Shown: positions 25,881 to 38,999 of the stretch, in pieces
Numbering within the stretch: the first letter of the stretch is position 1
Layout of the letters: each line of letters begins with the position of its first letter
NCBI GenBank assembly: GCA_030390025.1
Contig: CM059432.1
Span: 140,990,001-141,054,000 of the forward strand
Reading direction: 5' to 3'
Length of the DNA stretch: 64,000 nucleotides
DNA from: Squalus acanthias
Lineage: Eukaryota
Notes under the pieces: generated by a model
What the model was told of the DNA's origin: nothing
Database searches by the model: none
What the model saw: the letters and a program-made list of their open reading frames with translations, nothing else
Made by a program: the position numbers and the translations under genes

Positions 25881-27321
25881 TCCCACTATTCAAAAAGGGT
25901 GGTAGAGAGAAAGCGGGGAATTACAGACCGGTAAGCCGGACATCGGTAGTGGGGAAAATGCTAGAGTCCATTATAAAGGATGTAATAGCTGAGCATTTGA
26001 AAAACAGTGACAGGATCGGACAAAGTCAACATGGATTTACAAAAGGTAAATCGTGCTTGACTAATCTACTAGAATTTTTTGAGGATGTAACTGGGAAAAT
26101 AGATAAGGGAGAACCAGTAGATGTGGTGTATTTGGACTTTCAAAAGGCTTTCGATAAGGTCCCGCATAAGAGATTAGCGGGTAAAGTTAAGGCACATGGG
26201 ATTGGGGGCAAGGTATTGACTTGGATAGAGAACTGGTTGGCGGACAGAAAGCAGAGAGTAGGAATTAATGGGTCTTTTTCCGAGTGGCAAGCAGTGACTA
26301 GTGGGGTACCGCAGGGATCGGTCCTTGGACCCCAGCTATTCACAATATACATTAATGATCTAGATAAGGGAATTAAATGTAATATCTCCAAGTTTGCAGA
26401 TGACACAAAGCTGGGTGGGAGTGTGTGCTGCGAGGAGGATACCGAGAAACTCCAGGATGATCTGGACAGGTTGGGTGAGTGGGCAGAAGCGTGGCAGATG
26501 CAATAGAACGTGGATAAGTGCGAGGTTATCCACTTTGGTGTCAAAAACAGAAAGGCAGACTATTATCTGAATGGCAATAGATTGGGAGAAGGGGAAGTGC
26601 AACGAGACCTGGGTGTCCTTGTGCACCAGTCGCTGAAGGTAAGCATGCAGGTGCAGCAGGCGGTTAAGGCAAATAGTATGTTGGCCTTCATAGCGAGAGG
26701 GTTTGAGTACAGGAACAAGGATGTCTTGCTGCAGTTGTGCAGGGCCTTGGTGAGACCACACCTTGAGTACTGTGTGCAGTTTTGGTCGCCTTATCTGAGG
26801 AAGGATGTTCTTGCCATGGAAGGAGTTCAGCGAAGATTCACAAGGCTGATACCTGGGATGGCAGGAATGACATATGAGAGATTGGGTCGATTGGGCTTAT
26901 ACTCACTGGAGTATAGAAGAATGAGAGGGGATCTCATCGAAACATATAAAATTCTGACAGGTCTGGACAAACTAGATGCAGGAAGAATGTTCCCGATGGT
27001 CGGAGAGTCCAGAACCAGGGGTCATAATCTACGGATATCGGGTAAACCATTTAGGACAGAAATGAGGAAGAATTTCTTCACCCAGAGAGTGGTGAACCTG
27101 TGGAATTCTCTACCACAGAATGTAGTTGAGGCGAAGTCATTAAATATATTCAAGGTTGAGTTAGATATATTTCTTAAAGCTAAAGGTATCAAGGGATATG
27201 GGGAGAAGGCAGGTACAGGGTACTGAGTTTAGATGATCAGCCATGATCTCATCGAATGGCGGAGCAGGCTCGAGGGGCCGAATGGCCTACTCCTGCTCCT
27301 ATCTTCTATGTTTCTGTGTTT
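25881..27321 (+). mobile_element. Young CR1 LINE, RT domain through 3' UTR
   Basis: ORFs 25838..26506 and 26510..27226 are in the same frame, separated by one TAG; motifs [34 protein letters not shown]; tail ttctatgtttct. Confidence 0.93.
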
Positions 27322-28529
27322 CTATCCTTTCTGGGCCTGAACATTGATCAAATATCATTCAAACCAAGAAAATCCAGTTCCAGTGGAATAAAAAGCATGG
27401 GCCATCTGATACTGAGTTTTCCTGACTTGGATACTTTCACCCCCCTCCCAAGATAGTCATTTGGAAGTCGATCATTGGATGTCCAATGCAAACACTTGCT
27501 ATTGGCCCGATGTTAAAGGTGTCAGACGGAGAAAGCAATACTGTAATTTCCTACTATATCTTTAAAAAAATCCATTACCACCTACAGTTTTGGGAGAGAA
27601 GAAAAGATTATTCTTCTCTTTCAATTACATATGTTTTAGTAACACTGATACTTTTCTGCATTATTGGTACTGAAAAACACTGGCATCTGCAATTAGATGC
27701 TTATTATCAGTGCCGGTCACTGAAGGGAAATTTTGAATACACACTACTTACACCTTGCATGAAACCGTAATTGCTCTTTTCACAGGAAATGATTGGATTT
27801 GCAAAGACTTGAATCATTACACTACTCATATTGTAAAAAGGAACATTATTCTGTTATTAGTATGACTACCAGCGGTCATCTCAATCAAAACTAAAGCAAA
27901 ACAGTCAAGTATTAATTTTAACACTTTAAAAAGAAAGCTTCAGGCACAAGGAATAGATGATTTAAGATGAAAGTTTTGAGATTTTCATCTTAAAAAAAAA
28001 AAAAATCTCTTGTTGAAGCTGGGTGTAGTGTTGATGGATTAGTCAGTCATTATAATCAGGCTATCTATGGAGGCCGTCAGACCTCGCCATTCCACTCTCC
28101 TAACTCCTGCAGCTGTCTGTCCACTTTCCATTCAAATCTTCCCATACACAGGCTCCACCATCGCAGCTTTAGATGCCCACATGATTTTTTTTAATTTTTT
28201 TTTTTTTTTTAAACTGACACCTATCCTAAGGTTACCAATATTTAGCCAGAAAGCGCATATGCTCCATCACGTATAATCACGGAAGTTCCCAAGAATCTAC
28301 ATATGACCATCTCGCATCACAATTGGCAACTTAAAACTTGCAGCACATTACTTCAAAAGACCACAATTACCCAATTTCCAGCCAAGGACTAAACCCATCA
28401 ATGTCATTAAAAAATCCTTATATTGCGTCTTATTTTGAGATCATACACTTGCATTTTGGTTTCAGCATCTATTCCTATGACTATTCCTCTTTCAACATGA
28501 ACCTTCCCTTGGCATTCCGAGTTTTCTTT

Positions 28530-29512
28530 TTAAAATTTGTTTATGGGATGTGGGAGTCGTTGGCAAGGCCAGAATTTATTGCCCAACCCTAATTGCCCTC
28601 GAGAAGGTGGTGGTGAGCCGCCTTCTTGAACCACTGCAGTCCGTGTGGTGAAGGTACTCCCACAGTGCTGTTAGGGAGGGAGTTCCATGATTTTGACCCA
28701 GCGACAATGAAGTATTGGTGATATACTTCTAAGTCAGGATGGTGTGTGACTTGGAGGGGAACTTGGAGGTGGTGGTGTTGCCATGCACCTGCTGCCCTTG
28801 TCCTTCTAGGTGGAAGAGGTCGCGGGTTTGAGAGGTGCTGCTAAAGAAGTCTTGGCGAGTTGCTGCAGTGCATCTTGTAGATGGCACACACTGCAGCCAC
28901 GGTACGCCGGTGGTGGAGGGAGTGAATGTTTAAGGTGGTGGATGGGGTGCCAATCAAGCGGGCTGCTTTGTCCTGGATGGTGTCGAGCTTCTTGAGTGTT
29001 GTTGGAGCTGCACTCATCCAGGCAAGTGGAGAGTATTCCATCACACTCCTTACTTGTGCCTTGTAGATGATGGAAAGGCTTTGGGGAGTCAGGAGGAGAG
29101 ACACTCGCCGCAGAATACCTAGCCTCTGACCAGCTCTTGTTGCCACAGTATTTATGTGGCTGGTCCAGTTAAGTTTCTGGTCAATGGTGACCCCAGGATG
29201 TTGATGGTGGGGGATTCGGCAATGGTAATGCCGTTGAATGTCAAGGGGCAGAGGTTAGACTCTCACTTGTTGGAGATAGTCATTGCCTGGCACTTCTGTG
29301 GCACGAATGTTACCTGCCACTAATCAGCCCAAGCCTGAACGTTGTCCAGGTCTTGTTGCATGCAGGCATGGACTGCTTCATTATCTGAGGAGTTGGAAAT
29401 GGCACTGAACACTGTGCAGTCATCAGCGAACATCTCCATTTCTGACCTTATGTTGGAGGGAAGGTCATTGATGAAGCAGCTGAAGGAGGCTGGGCCTAGG
29501 ACACTGCCCTGA
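28530..29512 (-). mobile_element. Second non-LTR retrotransposon family (CR1/L2 group), RT C-terminal part + tail
   Basis: QGSVLGP…FINDLP…FADDCT; IYKAQVRSVMEYSPLAW; tail related to ctggccttgccagcgacgcccacatccc. Confidence 0.85.
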
Positions 29513-29972
29513 GTTGCAAGACTCATATCAAATTGCTGCGTGATCGAAGAGACTCCACAGAACACACAGCTGTTTGCTCGACTGTTGTGTGACTGGCAAG
29601 CACTGACATTGGCAGTAAGACCACTACAGCTGGTACGCATGCAATAAACTGAAACAAAGTGCACCAGTCCTTAGTGAGCATTCTGATCAGTAGCACAAAA
29701 AGTGAATTTACTGGTAACATTATCTCTAATAAGAGGATCATGAAAAAGTAACAAAGGGGTATTACGTCATTGCAGAGCAGAGACTCGATCACTGCATAAT
29801 TGAGGTGAAAGTTAAGTTACTCTACAAATAGCGAGGAAAACCATTTTCGACCTGAAAATGTTTGCAATAAGAGCTAGTGTTCCTTGAAATAAAGGCAGAT
29901 AGTTTTTAAAATATTGCAACAATACAGATTACTTGGATGAAGGCCTGAAATTTAGGACTAAAGACAACCTAC

Positions 29973-30086
29973 CTTGAGGTAAAACATGGATACTTCAAAT
30001 AGACGTTGACTGCAAGAAGCAAAAGATTTATGGTTCACTGAAATTCCATTATCCTGGAGTACTTTTGCCACAACTTCTTTCAGCAT
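29973..30086 (-). CDS. MTBP: MTBP exon (3rd from last)
   Basis: tag|MLKEVVAKVLQDNGISVNHKSFASCSQRLFEVSMFYLK|gtagg; 114 nt, phase 0-0. Confidence 0.93.
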
Positions 30087-30585
30087 CTAATGAGAAACAC
30101 CAAAGTGCAAACTGAAATTAAGGAACATTTCTGTGCTCCAGTCCTGCTCCGAAATGGTTTAGAAAATGTGATGCCACGTCTTTACAAATTAATTTCAAAA
30201 TATGCTTCTGAAAACTGATCCATGAATTGACATCTCTCAGTTGTACTGCTTTGGCGCAGTAGCACTATTTAGAATAGCCATCCAACATTTAACAATAAAG
30301 AAAAGGAATTATGAGCAATAACTTTGAATTTTCTTCCACAGATGTAAATCAGTTGTAAATGTAATCCTACCTAAAAGGTCAAGTGCAAATTCATTTTCAT
30401 AATTATTCACAGCACGGTGTGGTGGGAGAGGCAGATTGTGTGTAAGTTAGTTTTAAAGGGCTGGGGCCAATTAAACGGAAGCGTCACAACAGAGAAACAA
30501 AAATTCTGTTAGCCATTTGGAGCCTCAAAAGACATCTCAAGCCCGTTAAAGGGGCCACGCACCCAAAAAAAAAAGGGGAACATTG

Positions 30586-30765
30586 CTCTCTACCTATCTC
30601 TCCTCTTTCAAGATGCTCCTTAAAACCTACCTTTTGATCAACTATCCCGATACCGCTTTCTGTGGCTCAGTGTCAAAAATGTTTTGAGATATCGCTCTTG
30701 TTAAATGCCTTGGGACATTTTACTACGTTAAATGCGCTATATAAATGTAAGTTGCTGTTGTTGTT
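30586..30765 (+). mobile_element. L2-type 3' tail
   Basis: ctccttaaaacctacc…gcgctatataaatgtaagttgctgttgttg. Confidence 0.7.
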
Positions 30766-31263
30766 TGTTTATTTCTTCGTCTGAGCACATCAGCTTGGAG
30801 AATTCCCACTGATGCCAGTAATGGTACTGGGGTCAAAAAAATAATAAATAAGAGCAAATGGCACAGAGGCCCATGCAAGCTCGAATGCCAGCAGAAAAAA
30901 GTCAACAAAACCAGCCCAGAAATGGTCTAAAAATTTACCTATCCGTTCAGTAACCTTTACAATTAACTGCCTGACCCATCAGTCCCTAGCAATCCTGGCA
31001 GGGGTTTCCTGCACACCCATGTGTTGGAAAAGAGGTGCACAAAACACCCTCATCCCCTCTTGACTACACTTGTGAAGAGACCTGATCTCCACCCTATTTA
31101 TATAGCAATGTACACTCATCTTCAAGTTATAATGGAGATGAAAATTAGCCACACTGTATTTAGTACATGAAATACTGTACATACCAAGTAAAGAATCAAA
31201 TAAATTTCTTTATTTCCCCATGTACTGAAAGGATGTGATAAAATTACTTGACACACTCCTTAC

Positions 31264-31501
31264 CCTTTTGTGTTTCTGAGATCGTGATTCCTTTTGTTTC
31301 ACATTTTCATGGCCAGGTTTTGTTACCATTCTCTGAGTCTGGCTGTTGGACTGCTTGCTGGAAGTAGAAGAAACAACTGCAAGCCTTTGTGAGTGTTCCC
31401 GCAATGCAGCTACTAAATGATGTCCATTATTTCCACCTCCCCGTGATGTGCGTAGTGAATACTGGGAATTGAGTGATTCCGTGCTTTTGGACTTGGCAAG
31501 T
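31264..31501 (-). CDS. MTBP: MTBP exon (4th from last)
   Basis: cccag|A + LAKSKSTESLNSQYS…KQKESRSQKHKR|gtaagg; 238 nt, phase 2-0; overlaps the track ORF 31210..31404. Confidence 0.9.
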
Positions 31502-32487
31502 CTGGGAGAGAGATATTAACAATTATTAGTTTTAAATGGGCATATCTGAATCACTTGTACAGTTCTGAGAAAACTAATCTTTCTCCACACATCTCAATTT
31601 ATATCCCACTGTCTCTCTATTCTTTCATTGTGTGTGTGTCTTTCAGCTATTATATCACAACTAGCAAATTCTGGTCGATGTTCCCAAACAATTATTTTAA
31701 TCTAAATAAAAAGAAAGAAAAAAATGCAAATGCTGGCTATCAAAAGAAAACTTCTGGAAATGCGCAGCAAGTAAGATACCACCTGTATCCAAAAGATCAG
31801 ATTGTTTCAGATGTAACCCTTTGTAAGAATTTCACTCCCTTTATGTTAGTGCTTTTTGAATTTGTGAGCCTGACACTGTTTCTCATAACTGTTAGACTAT
31901 TTAACAGACTGCTGAAAGAATTTCCATTTGAGATTGCTTTAAAGTCACAAAGGTAACTTCAAGTTGGTGGATAATTGAGCTTTCTTGCATTGCTTACATG
32001 TTCTTCATCTGACTTCCATTTAATTTTCTATGATTTCTACTTTGCCATTTCGGATAGGAAGATCTCAGTTTACTGCTCAAAGGCTGAATTACCACCATTC
32101 CCCTCACCAAACCAAGAGCTGTATCAACATTCATCAAACGCTTAGTAGGATACAAATAAAATGCAGCAGTCAAAACCGAAACAGATTTTAAACCATGCAT
32201 AAGCAATGGGAATCAAACCAAGAGAGAGTAGGACTAAGCCATTAAATGAAGGAGCAGTCTGATACAGGATGAAACTGAAGTGGTTATAATGAGCAATGCA
32301 GCACAAGAATTGGCAGGATTTGTGCAAAATAGTGCAACATGGTTCTATTTCTGATACAAAAGGGGTTCTGAGTATATGACTCAAAAGGGAGGGGAATAAC
32401 GGTGAAGGATAGAAACAAACAGTTATAAATTAGTAGCAGCTACAAGGACTCGTTATGGTCTGGTGCACACACAGGCTATTGAAAGTT

Positions 32488-32680
32488 ACAAAATACTGCA
32501 GATCCTGCAAATCTCAAACACTCGGCAAGTCGGACAGAATCTGTTAAGAAAAGAGCGTTAACCTTTCAGGCACCACCCAACGTCAGATGAAGGAAGGCTA
32601 TGTATCAAATGTTAACATTCTTCCTTTCTTTACAGGTGCAGCCTGACTTGCTGAGTGTTTGCAGCACGTTTTGTTTCGGT
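32488..32680. mobile_element. Degenerate head-to-head pair of Penelope family-A ends next to an MTBP donor site
   Basis: aaaatactgcagat…gttaacctttcagg…cgtcag, then gttaac…cctgacttgctgagtgtttgcagcacgttttg in the opposite orientation. Confidence 0.55.
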
Positions 32681-32697
32681 TTGTGTTTGAAAGTTAC

Positions 32698-32967
32698 CTT
32701 TTGCTTGGATGAAAACTCTCCACCTTTCTTGACCTACGCTTCTGTCCAGTCCCATCAGTATTTTTCTGATCACTTTGTAAAGTTTCTCCATCCGGCACAC
32801 TTCCAGGCTCTGAAAGAACTGCAGGAGACGGCAGCGGGCTTAATCCATAAACAACTGGACAGTGTTCCCTTGAACATGTTGTGTTAGTTTCATAGCGGAT
32901 AAGGCGAGACTGAAGCTTCCCAAATCCAACATCTTTTTCCAGTGCTCTACTGTTGTCTAGGCAGTAC
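32698..32967 (-). CDS. MTBP: MTBP exon (5th from last)
   Basis: gcag|G + YCLDNSRALEKDVGFGKLQSRLIRYETNTTCSREHCPVVYGLSPLPSPAVLSEPGSVPDGETLQ…KRRSRKVESFHPSK + AG|gtaac; 270 nt, phase 2-2. Confidence 0.93.
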
Positions 32968-34057
32968 CTGCAATTTTCATGCAGTATCCATTACAGACTC
33001 AATCAACAATTTGGCAGGTAAGCCATTTATTGTGTACACGTGCAAAATAGTTTTATCACATAAATGGTCTCACCCTAGAAACTGGGCAGGTAAGCTGGTT
33101 TAACTTTTGAGTATCATCTTCCATGAAAGCACAGTTAAATCTAAAACATTGGAGATTAGGCACCTTGGCTATGAGGCGAGGCCAAGGAAACGAGGAATGT
33201 TTACCTTATTGTATGTAAAAGGTACAGATAAATTTTGGACATCACCACAATTCTATAACCAGTAATCAGAGGAGAGAACATGGAGACAATTTAAATGAAG
33301 CTACTTCACAGAGAAGGTGGTGGGTGACAGGAAGTCTGCCATGGGAAGCACAGGAGGGGGAACAGTTTCAGCAAAATAGAGTGGTAATTGTACAGCTTTT
33401 TGGCAAAAGAAGTGATTTAAGGATGTAGATGAAGTGTAATACAATTTTATAATTTTTTGGTGTTGCCAACCAGATAGACCGCACTAGTCTTTTCTGGTCT
33501 CACATTCTTTTGTTTGCATCACGTATTAAGCTTCATTAGTCACTACCAAATTACAAAACAGTTTTCTACACCCAAAGTGGGGATGGGAAAGGCACTGTAT
33601 AAATGCAAGTTGTTGTATGGGTGGGGAAAGAAACTGGCACAGTAGTGCGGTCATACAGTTTCTTATATATCCTTCAAGAAAATGCATAGAGCACATTAAC
33701 ATGAGATACCCTGCTGGGAGTAGGAGTGTGTGGGTCACTTGCCATCTCAATGTGGCAAAAGAGAACTAGGTTTTAATGCAAATAATCTTGTACAAAGGGT
33801 GATTAAAAACAGAGGAAAAAAACCAAAGAACTCAAAAGTACAAAACTAAAGTGTACGAGTACGTGATTTCTCTGGCATTAGACACTTTTTATTTTGTTAA
33901 ACAAGAGGTTTTTTCCATTGGCAGTAAGCTACTTTGGGATTCACACAACATGCTGACAGAAATTATATGCCAACATTCTTTACCTACGATAAAAAGGAAT
34001 GAAGCACTTTACATCTCATGCTGAATAATTTGTGAACCTTTAGAACATCACACTTAC

Positions 34058-34153
34058 TCAAGTCCATGGTAATGGCATTCTGTAGCCTTTTCAAATGGCA
34101 AACCTTTCAGCTTCTGTACAGTCATCTCTGGGGTCAGTGGAAACTCATTTTCA
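34058..34153 (-). CDS. MTBP: MTBP exon (6th from last)
   Basis: tttcag|T + [31 protein letters not shown] + GA|gtaagt; 96 nt, phase 2-2. Confidence 0.92.
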
Positions 34154-34233
34154 CTGAAATGGAAAATGTTTACTTTTTAAAAAGTACAATGCTAAGATTT
34201 GTGCATTCACATAACATTTCTTTAGAGCACATC

Positions 34234-34898
34234 GGGAGAGCGAAATCAAAAACAACAAAAAAAACAAGGAGTGATGTCACAGGACAGCAGGTAGGTGAAT
34301 GGTTGGTGAGTATTAACTTTTTTTTCTCTAAGCTAGGACAATGGTTTAAACTAAGAGCGGGAAACTATAACGTACTTTATTAAATTAAAAACTTAACTAG
34401 ATAAACTAATTAATATAATTAGAAATAATCATTGAATAAAGATTTTAATTAATTAAATAAATAAAACAAGGTTAGACTAAGATATGGCAGAACAGGCAGT
34501 GTGTCTGGACTGCAGTATGTGGGAGTTTGTGGACAGCAAGTGAACACGTCTGCAGTAGATGTCTCCGTCTCGAATCTCTCCAGCTCAGAGTCATTGAGCT
34601 GGAGACACTCAGACACATAAGGGAGGGGGGGGTGGGGGGGAGAGAGCATCTGGACAGTTTGCTCCGGACTTCGGTCACACCTTGTAGAGAGGTGCACGTT
34701 CGGAACAGGTTTGGTGTGACTGATAGTGTGCAGAGTAAGGGGAACCCTGGTAAAAAAGGGAACGAGGATCCACAGGAACTGATCCTATCCAACAGGTACA
34801 ATGTACTTGCTTACCTGTGAGGATAAGGGTAAAGGCTGTAGGAATGACAGCCAGAATGCGAACCATGGCACTTTGGAGCAGGAGGCTGCCCTAAGGCT

Positions 34899-34929
<31 letters not shown>

Positions 34930-37900
34930 GGAGGAGAGGAAGCGTAATGTGGTAGTTGCAGGGGATTATATAATTAGGGGAACTGATAGCATCCTCTGTA
35001 AACAAGATCAAGAGTCCCACATGGCATGTTGCCTACCTGGTGCCAAGGTGAGGGCCATCTCGAACCAGCTTGAAAATATATTGGAAAGGGAGGGGGGACG
35101 ATCCAATCGTGGTCCATGTTGGGACCAACAACAAAGGGAAGAGTAGGGAGTACCAGGAACTAGGAGCTAAATTAAAGAACAGAACCTCAAGGGTAAAAAT
35201 CTCTGGATTATTATCTGAGCCATGTGCAAATTTGCGCAGGGATAAGATGATTAGGGAAGTGAACACATGGCTAAAGGAGTGGTGTGGGAAAGAAGGGTTC
35301 CATTTCATGGGGCACTGGCACCAGTATTGAGACAGGAAGGAATTGTACCATTGGGAAGGGCTTCACCTGAACCGGTCTGGGACCAGGGTCCTAGTGGAAA
35401 GGATAAATAGGGTGGTCACAAGGACTTTAAACTAGTAAATGGGGGTGGGGGGCTGGGGGGTGGAAGGGAGGGCTCAAGTGGAAATTGTAGTACAAATAGT
35501 AGTTCAAAAACAAACGAAAGGGAAGAGAGTAGAGTAACAGTCAGAAATTGTGCTTTAGGCATTACATGTAAAGAGAAAACTAAAGGATGTAAAGTGATTA
35601 AATAAGAAACAAGTGAGTAAAACATTCGAGCTGAAGGACAGGCTAGGGTGTGTGGCCCAAATAAGCGTTCTTTAAATGCACAGAGTATGAGGAATAAATT
35701 GAATGAACTGCAGGTGCGAATTCAACTTGGAGGGTATGACATGGTAGCCATTACTGAGACATGGCTGCAAGACGGTCAGGACTGGGAACTAAATATACCA
35801 GGTTATAAGGTCTACTGGAAAGAGGGAAAATGGCAGAGGGGTAGGAGTAGCTTTAGTGATTAAGCATGAAATCATTTCAATGATGAGGATATAACGAGAG
35901 GTAAGCAGGCAGTGGAGACTTTATGGGTAGAATTAAGAAATAGGAAAGGATTTAAGACTGCAGTGGGAGTTGTGTATAGGCCTCCTGGTAGAAGCTGTGA
36001 AGTGCTAGACTATATAAATGCAGAGATTAGACAAGCGTGTAGCAAAGGCAGAGTGGTTTTAATGTGGGATTTTAACTTTCATATACAGGAAACTTTCGTT
36101 TATCCGGCATCGACGGGACCGGCGTGGTGCCGGTTTATCGAAAGTACCGGATAACAGAGAGTTATATCTACCGAGGCTATTTTTAACAAAGAGACTCCAA
36201 GCAGCACAGGAGAATCTACTCCTGCTACTGCAATGTTTCGGACTTGCGACAGCGCCAGGAGGCCGAGTAGTGGCACTTTTGAAAAGTACCCCTACTGACT
36301 AAATCGGCGTTCTCGGACTCGGACTCGGGATCGGCAACATTGCCGGTTATTTGAGAGGATTTTTCGGAGCACTCTGCGTTCGCGGAGACTCGACTGCGAC
36401 TCGGCAACATTGCCGGTTATTTGAGAGGAGTTTTCGGAGGATGATTTTTGCCGGTTAAGCGAGAATTCCGGATATTTGGGTGCCGGATAAACGAAAGTTT
36501 CCTGTAGATTGGAATAAGCAGACTAGCAATTGTCAGAAAGGTAGTGAATTTCTTGAGTGAGTCCGGGATAGTTTTCTGCAACAATATGTCCTCGAGGCAA
36601 CAAAGGGGCATGCCATATTAGATTTAGTCATGAGTAATGAGCCAGATTTAGTTAACAGCCTAACTGAGTGAACATTTATCCAATAGTGATCATAACATGA
36701 TCGAGTTCAACGTAGCGTTTGAAAGGGAGAAACATGAAACAGCCACTAGATTTAGGTAAGGCCAACTTCAACAGGATGAGGCAGAGACTGTCCACAGTAA
36801 ACTCGGCAAATCTGTTAATGGGCAAAATGACAGAAGATCAGTGAGAGATGTTCAAAAAAGAATTTAAGGTGATACAGAACCAGTTTATACCCCCTGAGGG
36901 GCAAGAGCTCTACTTGCCAATAAAAACCAGCCAGGGACGACTAAAAGTAAGGGACAGCGTAAAAGTAAAAGAAAAAGCATACAAAAATGCAAAAAATAGC
37001 ACTGATCTCAGTGAATGGGAAAGATACAAAGAACAGCAAAGGGTCACAAAACAGATAGTAAGAGCTACAAAAAGCAAGTATAAAAAGAAACTTGCAAGGG
37101 ATATCAAAATCAATACAAAGAATTTTTACAATTACATTAGGAAAAAGAGGGTAGTCAGGAGCAATGTTGGCCCCTTAAAAACTGAAAGCGATGATATTGT
37201 TAATGACAATGGGGAAAGGCCGGACATGTTGAATAATTATTTTGCGCCAATATTTATAGTAGGGGGAAGAGGATAGTATGCCAGAAATCCCAAGGAAACT
37301 AATATTAAATCAGGGACAGGGATTCAATAAAATTAACTTAAGTAAAATAACAGTAATGAAGAAAATAATGGCACTAAAGAGTGACAAATCCCCAGGACCA
37401 GATGCTTTTCATCCCAGGGTTTTAAAGAAGTTAGTGAGAACATTGCAGATGCCCTAACTATAATCTTCCAAAGTTCTCGCGATTCAGGAACCCTTCCTTT
37501 AGATTGGAAAGTTGCGTATGTCACTCTGCTATTTAAGAATGGCAAGAGAGGGAAACCAGGGAATTATAGACCAGTTAGCCTGACATCTGTTGTTGGGAAA
37601 TTGCTAGAGTCTATAATTAATGATAGGGTGTCTGAACACCTCCAAAATTTTCAGTTGATCAGAGAGAGCCAACGTGGATTTGTGAAAGGCAGGTCATGCC
37701 TGACAAACCTGGTTGAATTTTTTGAGGAGGTGACTAAAGTAGTGGTGGACAGGGGAATGTCTATGGATGTTATTTATATGATAAAGTCCCACATAAGAGA
37801 CTGTTAACTAAGGAAGAAGCCCACGGAATTGAGAGCAAATTATTGACCTGGTTAGGAAATTGGCTGAGCGGCAGGAGACAGAGAGTAGGGATAATGGGTA

Positions 37901-38933
37901 GGTACTTAAATTGGCAGGATGTGACTAGTGGTGTCCCGCAGCGATCTGTGTTGGGGCCTCAACTATTCACAGTATTTATTAATGACTTAGATGATGGCTT
38001 AGAAAGTCATACATCCAAATTTGCCGATGACACAAAGATAGGCGGCATGGTAGGCTATGTAGATGAAAGCACAAAATTACAAAGGGATATCGACAGATTA
38101 AGTGAATGGGCAAAACTGTGGCAAATGGATTTCAATGTAAGCAAAAGCGAGGTCATCCACTTTGCACCTAAAAAGGAGAGAACAGAGTACTTTCTAAATG
38201 GTGAAAAGCTAAAAACAGTGGAGGTCCAAAGAGACTTGGGGGTCTAGGTACATAAATCATTAAAATGTCATGAACAGATACAGAAAATAATTAAAAAGGC
38301 TAATGGAATGCTGGCCTTTATATCTAGAGGACTAGAATACAAGGGTGTAGAAGTTATGCTGCAGCTATATAAAACCCTGATTAGACCACACCTGGAGTAC
38401 TGTGAGCAGTTCTGGGCACCACACCTTAGGAAGGATATATTGGTTTTGGAGGGAGTGCAGCGTAGGTTTACCAGAATGATACCCGGACTCCAAGGGTTAA
38501 GTTACGAAGAGAGATTACACAAATTAGGGTTGTATTCTCTAGAATTTAGAAGGTTAAGGGGTGATCTGATCAAAGTTTTCAAGATATTAAGGGGAACAGA
38601 TAGGGTAGATAGAGAGAAACTATTTCCGCTGGTTGGGGATTCTAGGACTAGGGGTCATAGTCTAAAAACTAGAGCCAGACCCTTCAGGCGTGAAATTAGA
38701 AAACACTTCTACACACAAAGGGTGGTAGAAGTTTGGAAATCTCTTCCACAAACGGCAATTGATGCTAGATCAATTGTTGATGTTAATTCTGAGATTGATA
38801 GCTTTTTGTTAACTAAAGGTATTAAGGGATATGGGCGAAGGCGGGTATATGGACTTAGGTCGCAGATCAGCCATGATCTCATTGAATGGCGGAAAAGGCT
38901 CGAGGGGCTGAATGGCCTACTCCTGTTCCTATG
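34234..38933 (+). mobile_element. Near full-length, disabled CR1 LINE (ORF1 zinc finger/leucine zipper/SGNH esterase; ORF2 APE + RT)
   Basis: ORF1 from ATG 34484: CLDCSMWEF…HVCSRCLRLESLQLRVIELE, VVAGDYIIRG, VVHVGTNN, HLN. ORF2: LNAQSMRNK, ITETWL, VYRPP, (G)DFN, SDH, NYRPVSL, FADDTK, FYTQRVVEVW. Multiple frameshifts and stops. Confidence 0.92.
36086..36504. mobile_element. Tc1/mariner-superfamily (pogo/Tigger-like) MITE nested in the CR1 endonuclease
   Basis: Perfect 24-bp TIR caggaaactttcgtttatccggca / tgccggataaacgaaagtttcctg; TA TSD at 36084-85 and 36505-06. Removing it restores CR1 …FNFHIDW. Confidence 0.9.
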
Positions 38934-38999
38934 CAAGTGCTCGTACATCAACTTAAAAATTGATTTTAAATTATACTCTATACTTTACTTATACTTTAA

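Noticed and set aside
32732..32737. Alternative earlier donor (AG|gtcaag) for the 270-nt MTBP exon
   Set aside because: The downstream AG|gtaact donor at 32696-97 is stronger and restores the conserved KRRS…PSKRL sequence.
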